DNA of 64,000 nucleotides from the human T2T-CHM13v2.0 reference genome, Homo sapiens. The stretch lies in the NCBI RefSeq assembly GCF_009914755.1, contig NC_060932.1; one strand, given 5' to 3'. The position numbers and the translations under genes were made by a program. The stretch's first letter is position 1, and each line of letters opens with the position of its first letter. A model generated the notes under the pieces. That model was not told where the DNA came from. It saw only the letters and a list, made by a program, of their open reading frames with translations, and searched no databases. Below are positions 15,521-28,310 of the stretch, piece by piece.

Positions 15521-16638
15521 TTTTATGCTTACTATACTATTAGTGAGAGAGAAGGAGGAGAAAGAAAGAGGAAGGAAGGATAAAGAGTAATAAAGTGAAG
15601 GGGAGAAAAAGTGAAAGAAGGAGGTGAAGAACCAATTTAGGAAATGGCGCATTTGGGGAAGTGCAAAAGACAATATGCCCTTTCAATTATAAATGTGCTA
15701 AGCTGACAAAGCTGCAGACATTGACAATAAGGCTAAAACGTGGCACACTCAGGGAAAAAATAAAGCCTCTGTATTTTTTAAGAATTTTGTAGTATGTACT
15801 TTTGAAATTGAAAAGCCAAAAGCCATAAACACTATCTATGCATTTGAAAACCCACCTCATACACTTTGAAATGGATAATAGATTATAAATATCATGTCCA
15901 ATAGAAATATTTTAATTTAAATTGTAATATTTTATGATCAGCTGTTAATTAAAAATTGTTTCAAAATCAATAGAGAATGAGGAGGAATTACTGAATGCAG
16001 GAGAGAGAATGAGGAAAGCCTGTAGATAAATATTGGATATGTAGGAGAAAAAATATCAATATAGTATCCTTTTCTGATTTTATCTCTCTCTGCTTATACC
16101 ACTTACATATTCTATGTAAAGGCAAAATAGTCCATATAATCAAAGTATGCAATTGTAGTCAAGGAGTTACTGTCTTACATGCCTAAGAAAATCAACTGGT
16201 GTACACAGAGGTCATCACACTGGAAATTAAATTTAATCTTTTAAAATTAAATCTCTATTTTTAGTGGCGTTGCAATGTTTGTATCTCAGGAAGAAAACAT
16301 CCCATCCAGTCCACAAATAGCTATCACATTGAAACAAGCCAAAGAGTCATCGTGATCATAGCTATCAAAAGAAGTATTAAAAGGATAGTATGGAATTCAA
16401 CCCAGCATGACCACAGAAGTGGGACGCTCAGTCAGCCACGCCTGTATTGTGTTCAACCACGTGAGCTAAGAGCTCTAACTACTACGGCCATAGTTTCAAA
16501 TCACCTGTCATGATGAGGTGCCAGATTTCTTTACTTTCTGGTTGATTCAGAGACAGAAAGTATTTTCATTAAAGATCTTGGATAAATATGTCAAATCACT
16601 AATAATATCAAACACTGAAGACTTCAATAAGTGAGCCA

Positions 16639-16674
16639 GTGTGTGCGTGCATGTGTGTGTGTGTGTGTGTGTGT
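16639..16674. repeat. (TG)n microsatellite
   Basis: Direct reading. Confidence 0.95.
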
Positions 16675-16772
16675 AAGTAAAATATTTATTAGGGTGAAAA
16701 AGCAGCATTCACTGTTTGAATTCTTATTGTTAAGGATGTTTCTATCTTCACAAACATAGAAATGGACACAAG

Positions 16773-17051
16773 AAATGGCTCTTATTATTTGGGGGTGTCA
16801 TAGAGGAATGTTGAATTTTATCAAAAGCTTTTTCCATGTCTATTGAGATAATCATACGTTTTTTGTTTTAAATTTTGTTTATGTGGCGAATCCCAATTAT
16901 TGATTTGTGTATATTGAATCAACCTTGCATCCCAGGAATGGAGTCTACTTGATCATGGTGAATTAACTTTATGATGTGCTGTTAGATTCACTTTGCTAGT
17001 ATTTTGTTGAAGATGTTCATATCTAAGTTCACTAGGGATATTGGCCTGTAG

Positions 17052-17088
<37 letters not shown>

Positions 17089-18720
17089 GGCATATCTTTG
17101 CCAGGGTTCAGGATCAGGGTAATGTTGTCCTTTTAGAATGAGTTAGGGAGGCATCTCTCCTCCTCGATATTTTGGAATAGTTTCACTAGAATTGGTACCA
17201 TGTTTTCTTTGTACATCTGGAAGAATTCAGCTATGAATCTATCTGGTCTAGAGTTTTTTTTTGTTTTTTTGTTTTTTTTTATTACAGATTCAAATTTGGA
17301 ACTCAATATTAGTCTGTTCAGGGTTTCAATTTTTCCTTGTTGTTTTTGATTTGCTTATTTGGATCATCTCCTTTCCTCTGTTAATCTAGTTAGAAGTCAA
17401 TTGATTTTGTTTATCCTTTCAAAAAACCAAGTTTTAGTTTATTTGTTTCTCTGTATTGATTTGGATGTCTCAAATTCATTCATTCTCCTCTAATTTTAGT
17501 TATTTATTTTCTTTTACTAGTTTTGGAGTTAGTTTGTTCTTGTTTTTCTAGTTATTTTAGGTTTGCTGAATACCTAGGAAATATCATTCTCAACATTAAC
17601 CTGGGGTAAGAATTTATAACTAAATCCTCAAAAGCAACTGCAAAAAAAGTTAAAATTGACAAGTGGAGCCTAATTAAATTAAAGAGTTTTTGCACAGCAA
17701 AACAAACAAATGAAAGAAAACAAAACAAAAAAACATATTAATGGAGTAAACAAATAACCTATAGAATGGGAGAAAATATTTGCAAAGTATACATTTGACA
17801 AAGGTCTCATATCCACAACCCATAAAGAACATTAACAACTCAACAAGCAAAAAACAACCCCATTAACACGTGGGCAAAAGACATGAACAGACACTTCTCC
17901 AAAAAAGACATAAAAGTAGCCAACAAACATAGGAAAAAATGCTCAACATCACTAATCATCAAAGAAATGCAAATTGAAACTAAAATGAGTGACCATCTCA
18001 CGCCAGTCAACGTGGCTATTACTAAAAAGTCAAAAAATAACAGATGCTAGTTAGGTTGTGGAGAAAATGTAATTAATATTTTTGGTGGGAATGTAAAATT
18101 AGTTCAGCCACTGTGGAAAGCAGTTTGGAGATTTCTCAAAGAACTTAAAACAGAACCACCACCCAACTCAGCAATCCCATTACTGAGTGTTGTGTACATA
18201 CCTAAAGAAGAATAAATCCTTCTACATAAAAAACACGTAAACTTGTAGGTTCATCACAGCACTATTCACAATAGTAAAGACATGGAATCAACCTAGATGC
18301 CCATCAGTGGTAAATGGGATAAAGAAAATGTGATACATATGCACCATGGAATACTACATAGCCATAAAAAATAATAAAATTATGTCCTTTGCAGCAACAT
18401 GGATGGAGCAGAAGGTCATTATCCTAAGCAAATTAATACTGGAATAGAAAATCAAAATATCACATGCTCTTACTTATCAGCAGGAGCTAGGCACTGGATA
18501 CACATGGACATAGTTAGAAACAACATACAAAGGGATCTATGAGACTGAGGAGAGTAGGAAGAGGATAAAGTCTGAAAAACTACCTATTGGGTACTCTGCT
18601 CACTACTTAGGAGATGGTATCATTTGTACCCCCAACATCAGTGTCACACAATATACCCATATAACAAACCTGCACATCAACCCCCTGAATCTAAAATAAA
18701 AATTGAAAAATAATTAAAAA
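16773..18720 (+). mobile_element. Older primate L1 (L1PA13-16/L1PB-like), 5'-truncated with inverted 5' segment
   Basis: ~16773-17565 is antisense ORF2; ~17568-18720 is sense ORF2 end plus 3' UTR ending ccccctgaatctaaaataaaa and A-rich tail. Confidence 0.8.
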
Positions 18721-19815
18721 GAAACAGCAACAACAGAGTGATTTTAAACACAATAAGACCCTGATCTTAAGATTTCACCTTGAACGCAAACATCCATTTG
18801 ATCATGTTTCCTTTGAAATACTATGAGATTGGCATAAGTGGTAAAAGGGTGTGTTTTCGTGCATGTATGTGTGTGTGTGTATGTGAGTGTGTGTGTGTGT
18901 TGCTTGATTTGAATTCTGGGTCCCTGGCCGTTAAGGAGAATCAAAATTCCAGTCATACATTCATTTATGAATTTGTCCATTATTCCCCAAATATATTTTC
19001 ACTGGCCATTCTATGGTCCACATTGAACTAGAATTGAAGATAAAATGGTAAATAAGAGAGAAATTCTACCGACAATGAAAAAAAAAATCATAATGTGGAA
19101 GGTTCTATGGGTGTAGTCAAAGAGAGGTACACCTAGTAAAGGCAATCATCCACACTCAGTCTTGGTTTAGGAGCGTGACTGAGTTAGATGAAGGGGCGTG
19201 AGCAGCACAGGAGGGGAGCATTGCGGAAAGAGTTTGCAACCTGGCCTAACACCTAACTGCAGAAGTGAGAGAGTGGCCATCCAGTTTACATATGCTGAAG
19301 CATTAAGTGTATGTGTGTGTGTCTTTTATTAGTTGGTGGCTGTGATAAGGGATGAGGTGGTGAAACTCATGTTGAACTTTTTCTCTGTGCTTCATGTTAT
19401 GATATATACCCAAAACAAATGAAAAACAGTCTGACAGGAGACTGTGACAAAAAAATGATGTGTATCTAGGACATGCCAGAAACATTTCTAGGCACATTCC
19501 CTAACATTGTTGTCCATGCTTAACACGTCTAGAACTTTATGCAATTTGCTTTATTTAAACTTTCTAGAGAAATAGATCAATAGCCAATCATATTTTACAG
19601 ATAAAGGGAAAAAAGCTTCTAAAAATTTAAGTTAAGAAAAGCTTATAGTGTTACAAAGTAGAAGAAGATTCAAAATCAGATATGGGACAGATTGAAGCTG
19701 TATTTACAAGGCAATTGCAAATGTGATCACTCTGTTTAGATGCCTAATCTCCTACAATCTATTCTCAATACAATAGATATATGTAGTTTTTTAAAATGAG
19801 AATCACATTAGACAT

Positions 19816-19817
<2 letters not shown>

Positions 19818-19847
<30 letters not shown>
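19818..19847. repeat. (CA)n microsatellite within degraded L2-like sequence
   Basis: Direct reading. Confidence 0.9.
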
Positions 19848-19849
<2 letters not shown>

Positions 19850-21589
19850 CTATGGAAATACAACCCCTCCCCACTCCTTAAAGCATGCTACTGACTTTCC
19901 ATGGCATGTGGAGCATACTCTCACTCCTAACATCAGCATTTTACCTTATCTGGCCTATTTCTTGAAGCTCTGAGTTCTTTATTCCATTACTTAATATATT
20001 CCAACTGCCTATTCTCTGTGGTTTAGCCTCCCAGGCATTATGTTTGTTCTAATCTTTGCACTCATATTCCCTCTGCCAAGAAAGCTCTTTGGTTCCATAG
20101 ATGGCTTTATCCAACGTTCAAGTATTGCCTCAAGTATTACCTCCTAGAGTCAATTTCCCACAGTCTAATAAAAAACGAGCACACTCATCTCTTGGTATAA
20201 GCACCAGTATGCCATCACGATCTCTTACATTTTTCAGTTTATTTAGTGCGTAATAATACACAACACTATATGATGCTTTTCCTTGCTTATTTGTACTAGT
20301 TCTTTCATTATTATCTATAATCTCCTGGACAGTGTGGTACATTTAATTGTAATTCATTGCAATGAAAATTTTCGTGTTCTACTATATAGTGAATTTTATG
20401 TTTCATATATGCTAAAATCAATCTAGATTTCTTTTCATGAATGCATGTTTCCGTATTTCTATCACTCTATAGCTTTTTATGCAATTAAATCTTTCACATC
20501 CTTGGTTAATGTTCTGGTTTTCTTACTCTACCTGTCAAATATTTGATGATTTTCAATATAATTGTGAATTTTTATGTTTTTCCTTTGACTCTACCATTTT
20601 TTTTCTTATATTCTTTAGACCAAATCATCAGGTCAAAAAGTTTCAAATATTTCACGTCTGCTTAGTGGAAACTTCTAATCAGCATTGAAATTTTACTTCC
20701 TTTTTGTTGTTTTACATGTTGTTTTCTTTTAATTATATAAGCATTTTTATATCACCTTTCGTCTGTTATATTTTCTTGGTTTATCTTTTTTTTACTCTTT
20801 ATTTCTTACCTTCTTTTGGTTATATTCATGATCTATTTATTTCTTCATTGGAAAGATTAATTTTCCACTTCAAAAAATTTATTTAGCCTAACAATTCATT
20901 ATTTTTAGATAGTGAAATGATCACACCCTTACAGAAAAGTTGATGATATAGTACAAGATACGTATTTTTCTGACCCAGTTTTGAATAAGAAAGCAACCAT
21001 ATCTCCATTGCCCTGGCATACATTAGTGTATATTTAATATAAGCAATGACATTATTTTACATTGCCAAATAAAACCTTAAAAATCAGGATACTGACATTT
21101 GCATATTGCTAAAAGAAGTTAAATGTTTGGATATTCTCCTTTAAGCCAAGTATCTAGTCCTTAAAATATATGCCCCACATTCCGTAATCATTTCTGATAA
21201 TCTTTTCATTCATGGCCATGTTTCTGTCGGCATTACATATTTAGATGTCTCTTTACACACTACAGATGTAAAGGAAAAAAAAGTAAGGCTCGTTCATAGG
21301 GGAAAAAACAATTGACACCAACTGGCCCTAAGGAAGCCGAGAAATTGGACTTCCTAGACAAAGATCTAAAATCATTTATTTTACATGTATTTAAGGATCT
21401 AAAGAAAACCACATTTAAAGAAAAAAATAACATATGAGAATGTCTCACAAAATATATATCAATTAAGATATATAAATTATACAAAGGAAACAGAAATTCT
21501 AGTTTTGAAAAGTACAATAACTAAGACAAAAATTCATTAAAGGAGCTCAGAAGCAGGTTTGAACAGGCGGAAAGAAGACCAGCAATTTC

Positions 21590-21930
21590 CTAGGGGTATG
21601 GAAGAAGGAAGGAAGAGAAGGTGGAGCAAAGAGGGTTTTTAGGGCAGTGAAACTATTCAGTGTAATACTATAATGGTGGATACATATTATTAGACATTCA
21701 TTCAAAGCCATAGAATGCACAACAACAGGAGCAAACTCTGATATAAACTATGGACTTTGGATAATAATGATGTGTCTGTGTAAGTTCACTCATCATAATG
21801 AATGTACCAGTCTGGTAAGGGATGTTCATAATGGGGTATTCTGTGCATGTGTGTGGGCAGAGGGCATATGGCAAATATTTGTGCCTTCCTCTCAGTTTTG
21901 CTGTGAACCTAAAACTGCTTTAAATAAGAC
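21590..21930 (+). mobile_element. L1MC-type 3' UTR fragment, followed by a (TA/TG)n tract to ~22120
   Basis: tttagggcagtgaaactatt...ataaactatggactttgg...gctgtgaacctaaaactgct. Confidence 0.75.
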
Positions 21931-22053
21931 ATTCATATAGTCATACAAATACATGTATTTGTGTATATGTGTATACATACATATATTTTCATATATTTTA
22001 TAATTCCCTGATATATGTGTGTGTGCATGTGTATGTATGTGAGTGTGTGTGTA

Positions 22054-22086
<33 letters not shown>

Positions 22087-22842
22087 GGGAGTATGTGATA
22101 TATGTGTATATATATATATCAGGGAATTATATGAAAATGATTAAAATAGCGTAATAGAAAATATTTATTTAAAACAAAATAAGGAAATAATGGATATCTC
22201 AGGGAAAAAAGATGTAAGACATGTGGAAAATAAATAGCAAAATGACACATATCAATTATACCTTATCAGTAATGAAATTAAGTGTAAATAATATTTAACT
22301 CTCCAAATAAAAGTCAGATAGCTTCAGAATCAGCTTTATAAAGTGATTCAACTATATATTGTGTACAAGAGACTGACTTGAGATTCAAAGACACAAATAG
22401 CTTGAAAGTAATACAATGAAAAAATATGTGCCATACAGGAGAGCTGAAGTAACTATACTAATACCATATAAATAAAACTGTAAGGTAAAAAATATTCCTA
22501 GAGTGAGAGGAAAACATTCCATAATGATAAAAAGCTTAATCTATCATACAGATAAAATATCAAATGTATATACACCTAACCACAGCCTCAAAATACTTTG
22601 TGCGAAAACAGAGACTTGGATAGATAATCTGTCTAGATTTGCAGACTTCAATATGCCACTTCCACTAATGACTATACCAACTAGATTAAAAAATAGCAAC
22701 AAAAAGAAAGAATCTACTAACCAACTAGACCTAAAATATAGAACTCACCACACAACAAGAGCAAAATATACATTATTTTCAACGTACATAAAATATACTT
22801 CAGAAAAGAACAAATATTAGGCCATTAAACAAGTTTAAATAA

Positions 22843-23200
22843 TTTTTTTAAAACTTTTATTTTAGGTTCAGAGGTACATATGCAGATTAGTTATATAGGT
22901 AAACTCATATCATGGGGGCCTGTTGTGCAGATTATTTCTAAGCCTAGTACCCAATAGTTGTTATTTCTGCTCCTCTTTCTCCTCCCACCCTCTGTCCTCA
23001 AGTAAGCCCCAGTCTGTTGTTCCCCTTTTTGTGTCCATGAGTTCTCATCATTCAGCTCCTACTTGTAAATGAGAACATGTGGTATTTGGTTTTCTGTTCC
23101 TCTTTTAGTTTGCTAAGAACAATGGCCTCCAGCTCCATCCATGTTCCTGTAAAAAACATGATCTTGTTCTTTTTTATGGCTGCATAGTATTCTATGGTGT
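22843..23200 (-). mobile_element. Short older L1PA 3' end inserted in the L1M
   Basis: cttttattttaggttcagaggtacat...gagaacatgtggtatttggttttctgttcc. Confidence 0.85.
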
Positions 23201-26200
23201 AACTATATTTAGATGCATTGAAATAATACAAAGTATATTATCCAACCACAAAGGATTGAGATTAGAAATAAACGAATGAAAAAAGTCACAGATACACAGA
23301 CACTAAATTTCATGTTCCTAAACAGCCAATAGATCAAAGAAGAAATGACGAACGAATTTAGAAAATAATTTGAGATGAGTAAAATGAAAACACAAATTGA
23401 TAAAACTTATAGAATTCAGAGAAAACAAGACTCAGAGGAAAATTATTAACTATAAATTCTTATGGTAAAAAATAAGAAAGCTGTCGTATCAGTGAGCCAA
23501 CACTCCATTTTAAGAAACTACAAAAACGAAAGCAGTTAAACTCAATGCAAGTAGAAAAAAAATAAATATTTGTGTGATTTTAGATAAAACAAAATATAAA
23601 ATACAAAATAACAGTAGAAAAAATCAACAAAACCAAAATTGGTTCTTTGAGATCAACAAAATTGGCAAGCTTTAAGTTGAGCAATTAAAAAAAATGAAAA
23701 AAACACTTCACTTACTATAATCTGGAATAAAAGAGGAGACACTACTACCCAACTTACATAAATACAAAATATTATAAAGAAGAAATGTGAAGAATGTTAT
23801 GTTAAAAAACTCAATAGCTCAGATATAATTGAAAAACTCAAGAAAAAAATCATATCATGAATCTAGGTAGAATTATAACAAACTTCCAATAAATGAAAGC
23901 TCAAGCATGGATGCTTTCAGTAAAGTAGTGAATTCCACCAAATGTTTAAAGAATCACCTTAACATAGAGCTAACTTCAAAATTCTTCTCAAAACAGAAAA
24001 TAAAGAACACATCTTAATTCATTATATCAGGCCAGTATCACATTAAACCCAAAAGCAGACAAGACTTCACAAAAAAGTATAGACCAATATTCATTATGAT
24101 ATGTACACAAAAAATCCTCAACAAAATTCTAGCAAACTAAATATAGAAAAAAAGGATCATATACCATGACCAAGTGAGATTTACTCCAGAAATGCAGAAA
24201 TGCAAAAATGGTTCAATATGTCAAAATCAACCAATGTAATACACCATATAAATAGACTAAGAAAGCAAAACAAGACAAGAACATGTTCATCTCAATAAAT
24301 ATAGTAAATCCACTTTCCAAAGTCCAGCACCCTTTTAGTAAAAACATTCAGCAAACTAGGAATAGCATAAAAATATTCTCATGCTAATAAAAGCATCTAT
24401 GAAAAGTCCACAGCTAACACCATACTTAGTGTCAAAAGAAGCAAAACTTTCGCTCTAAGATCAGGAACAAGACAAAGATGTAAGCGTAAAATAGTGCATC
24501 CACTTTGGAAAACAATTTGGTTGCTGAGTAAGTTAAACACAAGTTGCCATATGATCCAGCAATGCCACTCCTCGGTATACACCCAAGAGAACTGTAAGCG
24601 TTATGTTCACACAAACACTTATACTTGAATATTCACAGCGTTGTTATTTCTAATAATCCCAAAATGGACACAAACCTAATATCTATCAACAGATAAATAG
24701 GTAAAAAAAAGGTGACATAAAATACAATGAAATATTATTCAACCATAAAAAGGAATGCAGTGGTGACGCATGCTACAACATGGATGAGCCTTCAAAACAT
24801 TCTGGTAAATGAAGGAAGCCAGGCATAAAGACCATATATTATATGATTCAATTTATATGAAACACCCAGAATAAACAAGTCCATAGAGGAACACAGATCA
24901 CATGTCAGGGTTTGTGGGCAGAAAGGGAATAGAGCCTCAAACCTGTATTTTTGGTGTATGGTGATGAAAATATTCTGGAATTAATGGTGATGATTATACC
25001 TATAAATATACCAAAAACTGCTAAATCATAAACTTCAGATTGGTTAACTTTATATTATGTGAATTATATCTCAATTTAAAAAACAAAAAATAAAATAAAC
25101 ACATAGTAGATGCTCAATATATTAAGCACTTTATGGAAAAGAGTATCTAGGATGAATATTCATCCAGTATCAGTATCACCGTATACATAATGTGTAGAGA
25201 AACAAAATATCAAAAAAAGAGAGAAAATGCATATGTGAAATAATGTGAAAATAACTAAATGTATAATAAGGAATAAATTAAATAAGATGTTATTAAATGT
25301 TGGCAAACATCTACAGTGGCCAACTAATATAATTACTGTTTAAAACTAACAATGGTTGTTAGGACTATTTCTGGTCCTCATCTCAGCCCTATCAGTACAT
25401 CTCACTAAAGTATTCGAATCTGTCTGAGAAAACGTCCTCATAATCCCAAAGCAGGAAGTTCAGGTGGCATGAATTCAAATAATCTTGAAAACATTTAGTT
25501 CAGTTTATATGCTTTTGGGAAAAACAAAACAAAACAAAACACGCACATTGGAAGAACATTCTCATAGCAGTATTTCCCCCATTACACACCATGAATTATT
25601 TATGAACTGAGTACTTTACCATGAATGTAGATGTTTGTCAGGATTAAAAATAGCAGCTCTGTCAAAAGTTACTCCCTGCTGCCACCTAGCTTCAACCCCT
25701 GCAAATACTGATTGCTTTAGAACAAACACAGAAGAATCAGTAATTCACATAAGCAGGTAAGACTTGGGATTTTTTGAAGCACCATATTTTATTCTTGATT
25801 TTTTATGTCAGTGACCCCTTTTTGCTATGCCTTGAAAATTTCCATTTTAGGAGACATTCAAAACAGCAACTCAGCTGGTGCTCTAAAAATGGGATTTGAC
25901 TCATCTGATATAAAATTCAGTTCATACAGATGCAGTTTCAGAAGTGGCCATAAAATCAGGTTTTCTTTGTCTCTCATTGGCTCCTTCCCACTCTGTCTTT
26001 GATATCAAGGAAGTCATTCTATTATATTTTATTATTCCAATTTTTTCAGCCTGCCACATTTTATAGTAATAATTATAATTCAACTAGAGATTTATATACT
26101 ACACATCTCTCTCTCTGCAAGACATTTTCTATCCTCATTCGAATATGCATGTTGATAAAATTAACATGATTACCAGCAAATTAATTCTTCCGTCTGTCAT

Positions 26201-26688
26201 GGTTCAGTTTACCCTTCACGGGTTATTAAAATAGTTTCCAACTTTATAAAAAGAATGCAAATAGTTTGATTTAAATATATCAGTGCCTATTGTTTTAAAT
26301 CATTTTGATGAAATGAAAGGAAAAGATCTTGCTTCAATTTGAATCTGGTAAGTTTTATATATGTTAGCAGTTTCAACAAAGGGAAATAAAACAATTTTCC
26401 AGAATTTGATCTAAAATTTTCACCATGTCATCTAAATTATAGAGTAAGCACTGTATTGACACTGGTGACATGGGGCAAGTGCATTTCTCCTGTTCCTATG
26501 TTGTCCTGGAATTGTCAAGGAGCTGGCTTAGGTTAGCATAAAAGACACTGAACCTGGAATAGAAAATCCCAGTTACTGATTTCGAATGAGGCATTTGCTG
26601 TCTGCATCACTTAGAGAATTACAGCTAAGTATCCCGAATCTCAGGTCCAATGAAAGGAATGAAGATATGTTTCTGTTTGATATCACAT

Positions 26689-26885
26689 GAAAGGAAAGGA
26701 AAGGAGAGGAGAGGAGAGGAGGGGAGGGGAGGGGAGGGAAGGAGAGGGGAGGGGAGAGGAGAGGAGAAGGGGAAGGGGAACCGGAAGGGGAAGAGGGCAA
26801 AGAGGGAGGGAAGGAAGGAGAGGGAAGGAAGGAAGGAAGGAAGGAAGGAAGGAAGGAAGGAAGGAAGGGCAAAGGAAAAAGAAAC
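26689..26885. repeat. Polypurine compound repeat (GAGGA/GGGGA/AAGG)n
   Basis: About 200 bp of almost pure purine on the + strand, ending in an (AAGG)n array. Confidence 0.95.
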
Positions 26886-27269
26886 CATTGCAAACTCGGA
26901 GGCTCCTTTGCTGGCATGGCTCTCTTTGTGGACCACTGTGATAGATAAAACATTTAGGGCAGCAGCTGCAGTTGAGGTCTTTCTTCAAAGAAAGGCAAAG
27001 CTCTAAGGAGAAATTCATGGGGAGGAAATGGGCACTGCTGGATCCAACAGTCTAGCTATTAGACTATGAGCTATTCTGGAGCAGTCCAGGGCAAGATACT
27101 CCAAGAAGCAGCTCTGCAGGGGAACGGTTTGATACAAAAGCCTAATGGGGTCACTGGCAGAGCACTGTAAGTCAGCATGTGACCACATCATAAAGGGTGT
27201 CTGTCATATTAGGGGACCCATCCTCCCTTCCTCAGTGTTGGTGTCTGCCCTTTCCGCCCACAGGCCTAA

Positions 27270-27480
27270 GAGACAGTTTAGCACAGCAGTTAGTAGCTTG
27301 GTTTCTGGAGTTAGATGGCTTGGATTCAAACTCAAGCTCTGCCATTTACTAATGCTGGAATCTTGTGAGTCTTAACCTCTCTGTGTCTTCAGGTTTCTTA
27401 TGTGTAAAATGGAGTTTTTATGAGTGTTAAAAGGAACACCTCATATAAAGTGAGTATTGGAGTAGATGGTCTTCATATGT
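27270..27480 (+). mobile_element. MIR SINE
   Basis: ttagcacagcagttag...tctggagttaga...ctctgccatttact...ttaacctctctgtg...tgtaaaatgg. Confidence 0.7.
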
Positions 27481-27531
27481 TGACATATCAGTGTTATTGG
27501 TTTTGATTAGGAAAGTGCATAGAAGAAAGTC

Positions 27532-27840
27532 TTTTTTTTTTTTTTTTTTTTGAAAAGGAGTCTTGCTCTGTCGCCAGGCCGGAGTGCAGTGGCACAGTCT
27601 CCTCAGTGCAACCTCCACCTCCCAGGTTCAAGCAATGCCCCTGCCTCAGCCTCCCGAGTAGCTGGGAGTACAGGTGCTGCCACCACGCCAGACTAATTTT
27701 TTTTGTCTGTTTTTTGTATTTTAGTAGAGATGGGGTTTCACCATGTTGTCCAGGATGGTCTCGATCTCCTGACCTTGTGATCCACCTGCCTCGGCCTCCC
27801 AAAGTACTAGGATTATAGGTGTGAGCCAGCGCGCTCAGCC
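27532..27840 (-). mobile_element. AluSc-like SINE
   Basis: Antisense Alu (tctgtcgccagg, ggatggtctcgatctc); TSD agaagaaagtc at 27521 and 27841. Confidence 0.93.
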
Positions 27841-27894
27841 AGAAGAAAGTCTAAGAGACCCCGTGTCCAAAGTTGTCAGCCCTCTGAATCCACT

Positions 27895-28310
27895 GAGCCG
27901 CTGTGTGACTGTGGGATCCTGGTTCACCCTCCTTTCATGTTTCTCTGTTTACTCATCTGTAAATGGTAATAAAATACCTTCCTCACAAGTTTCTCACTAG
28001 CATTAAATGAGATAACAGAGTAGGGACAGGCATGCAGTGAATATCCACTAAATATCAGATGCCGCTCCAGCGATTCCAGAGCAGCAAGGCAGGCCACTTT
28101 GAGGTCTGGTTGCAGACATTCTCAGTCTAGGTCTTCTCTTTCTAGTTGTGTCACTGCCAGTGAATTAGTCTCCTTGTTAGTACCCCAGGTTTTTCATCTG
28201 GGAGATGATAGAAACTACCTCACAGGGCTGTGTGGAATTAAATGAGTTAAACGTGAAGCTTTTGGATTATTGCCTGACGCAAAAATTTGAAAAGAATGGT
28301 AGCCCTTATT
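27895..28310 (+). mobile_element. Two MIR fragments
   Basis: ctcatctgtaaatggtaataaaatacct...ttaaatgagataa and ctacctcacagggctgtgtggaattaaatgagtt. Confidence 0.6.

Larger units (their letters stand above)
21250..25095 (+). mobile_element. Composite old L1 (L1M ORF1/ORF2 remnants to an L1MB-like 3' end)
   Basis: ORF1-like A-rich start; endonuclease remnants (NVYTPN, DFNMPL in ORF 22503-22820); gatcaggaacaagacaa; 3' UTR ending gtgaattatatctcaat plus A-tail. Confidence 0.75.

Noticed and set aside
26573-27018. Six overlapping ORFs of 84-126 aa
   Set aside because: Low-complexity translations of the polypurine repeat.
27427-27818. ORFs resembling Alu-derived database proteins (also 34005-34310, 45443-45634, 49684-50092)
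   Set aside because: Translations of Alu sequence.
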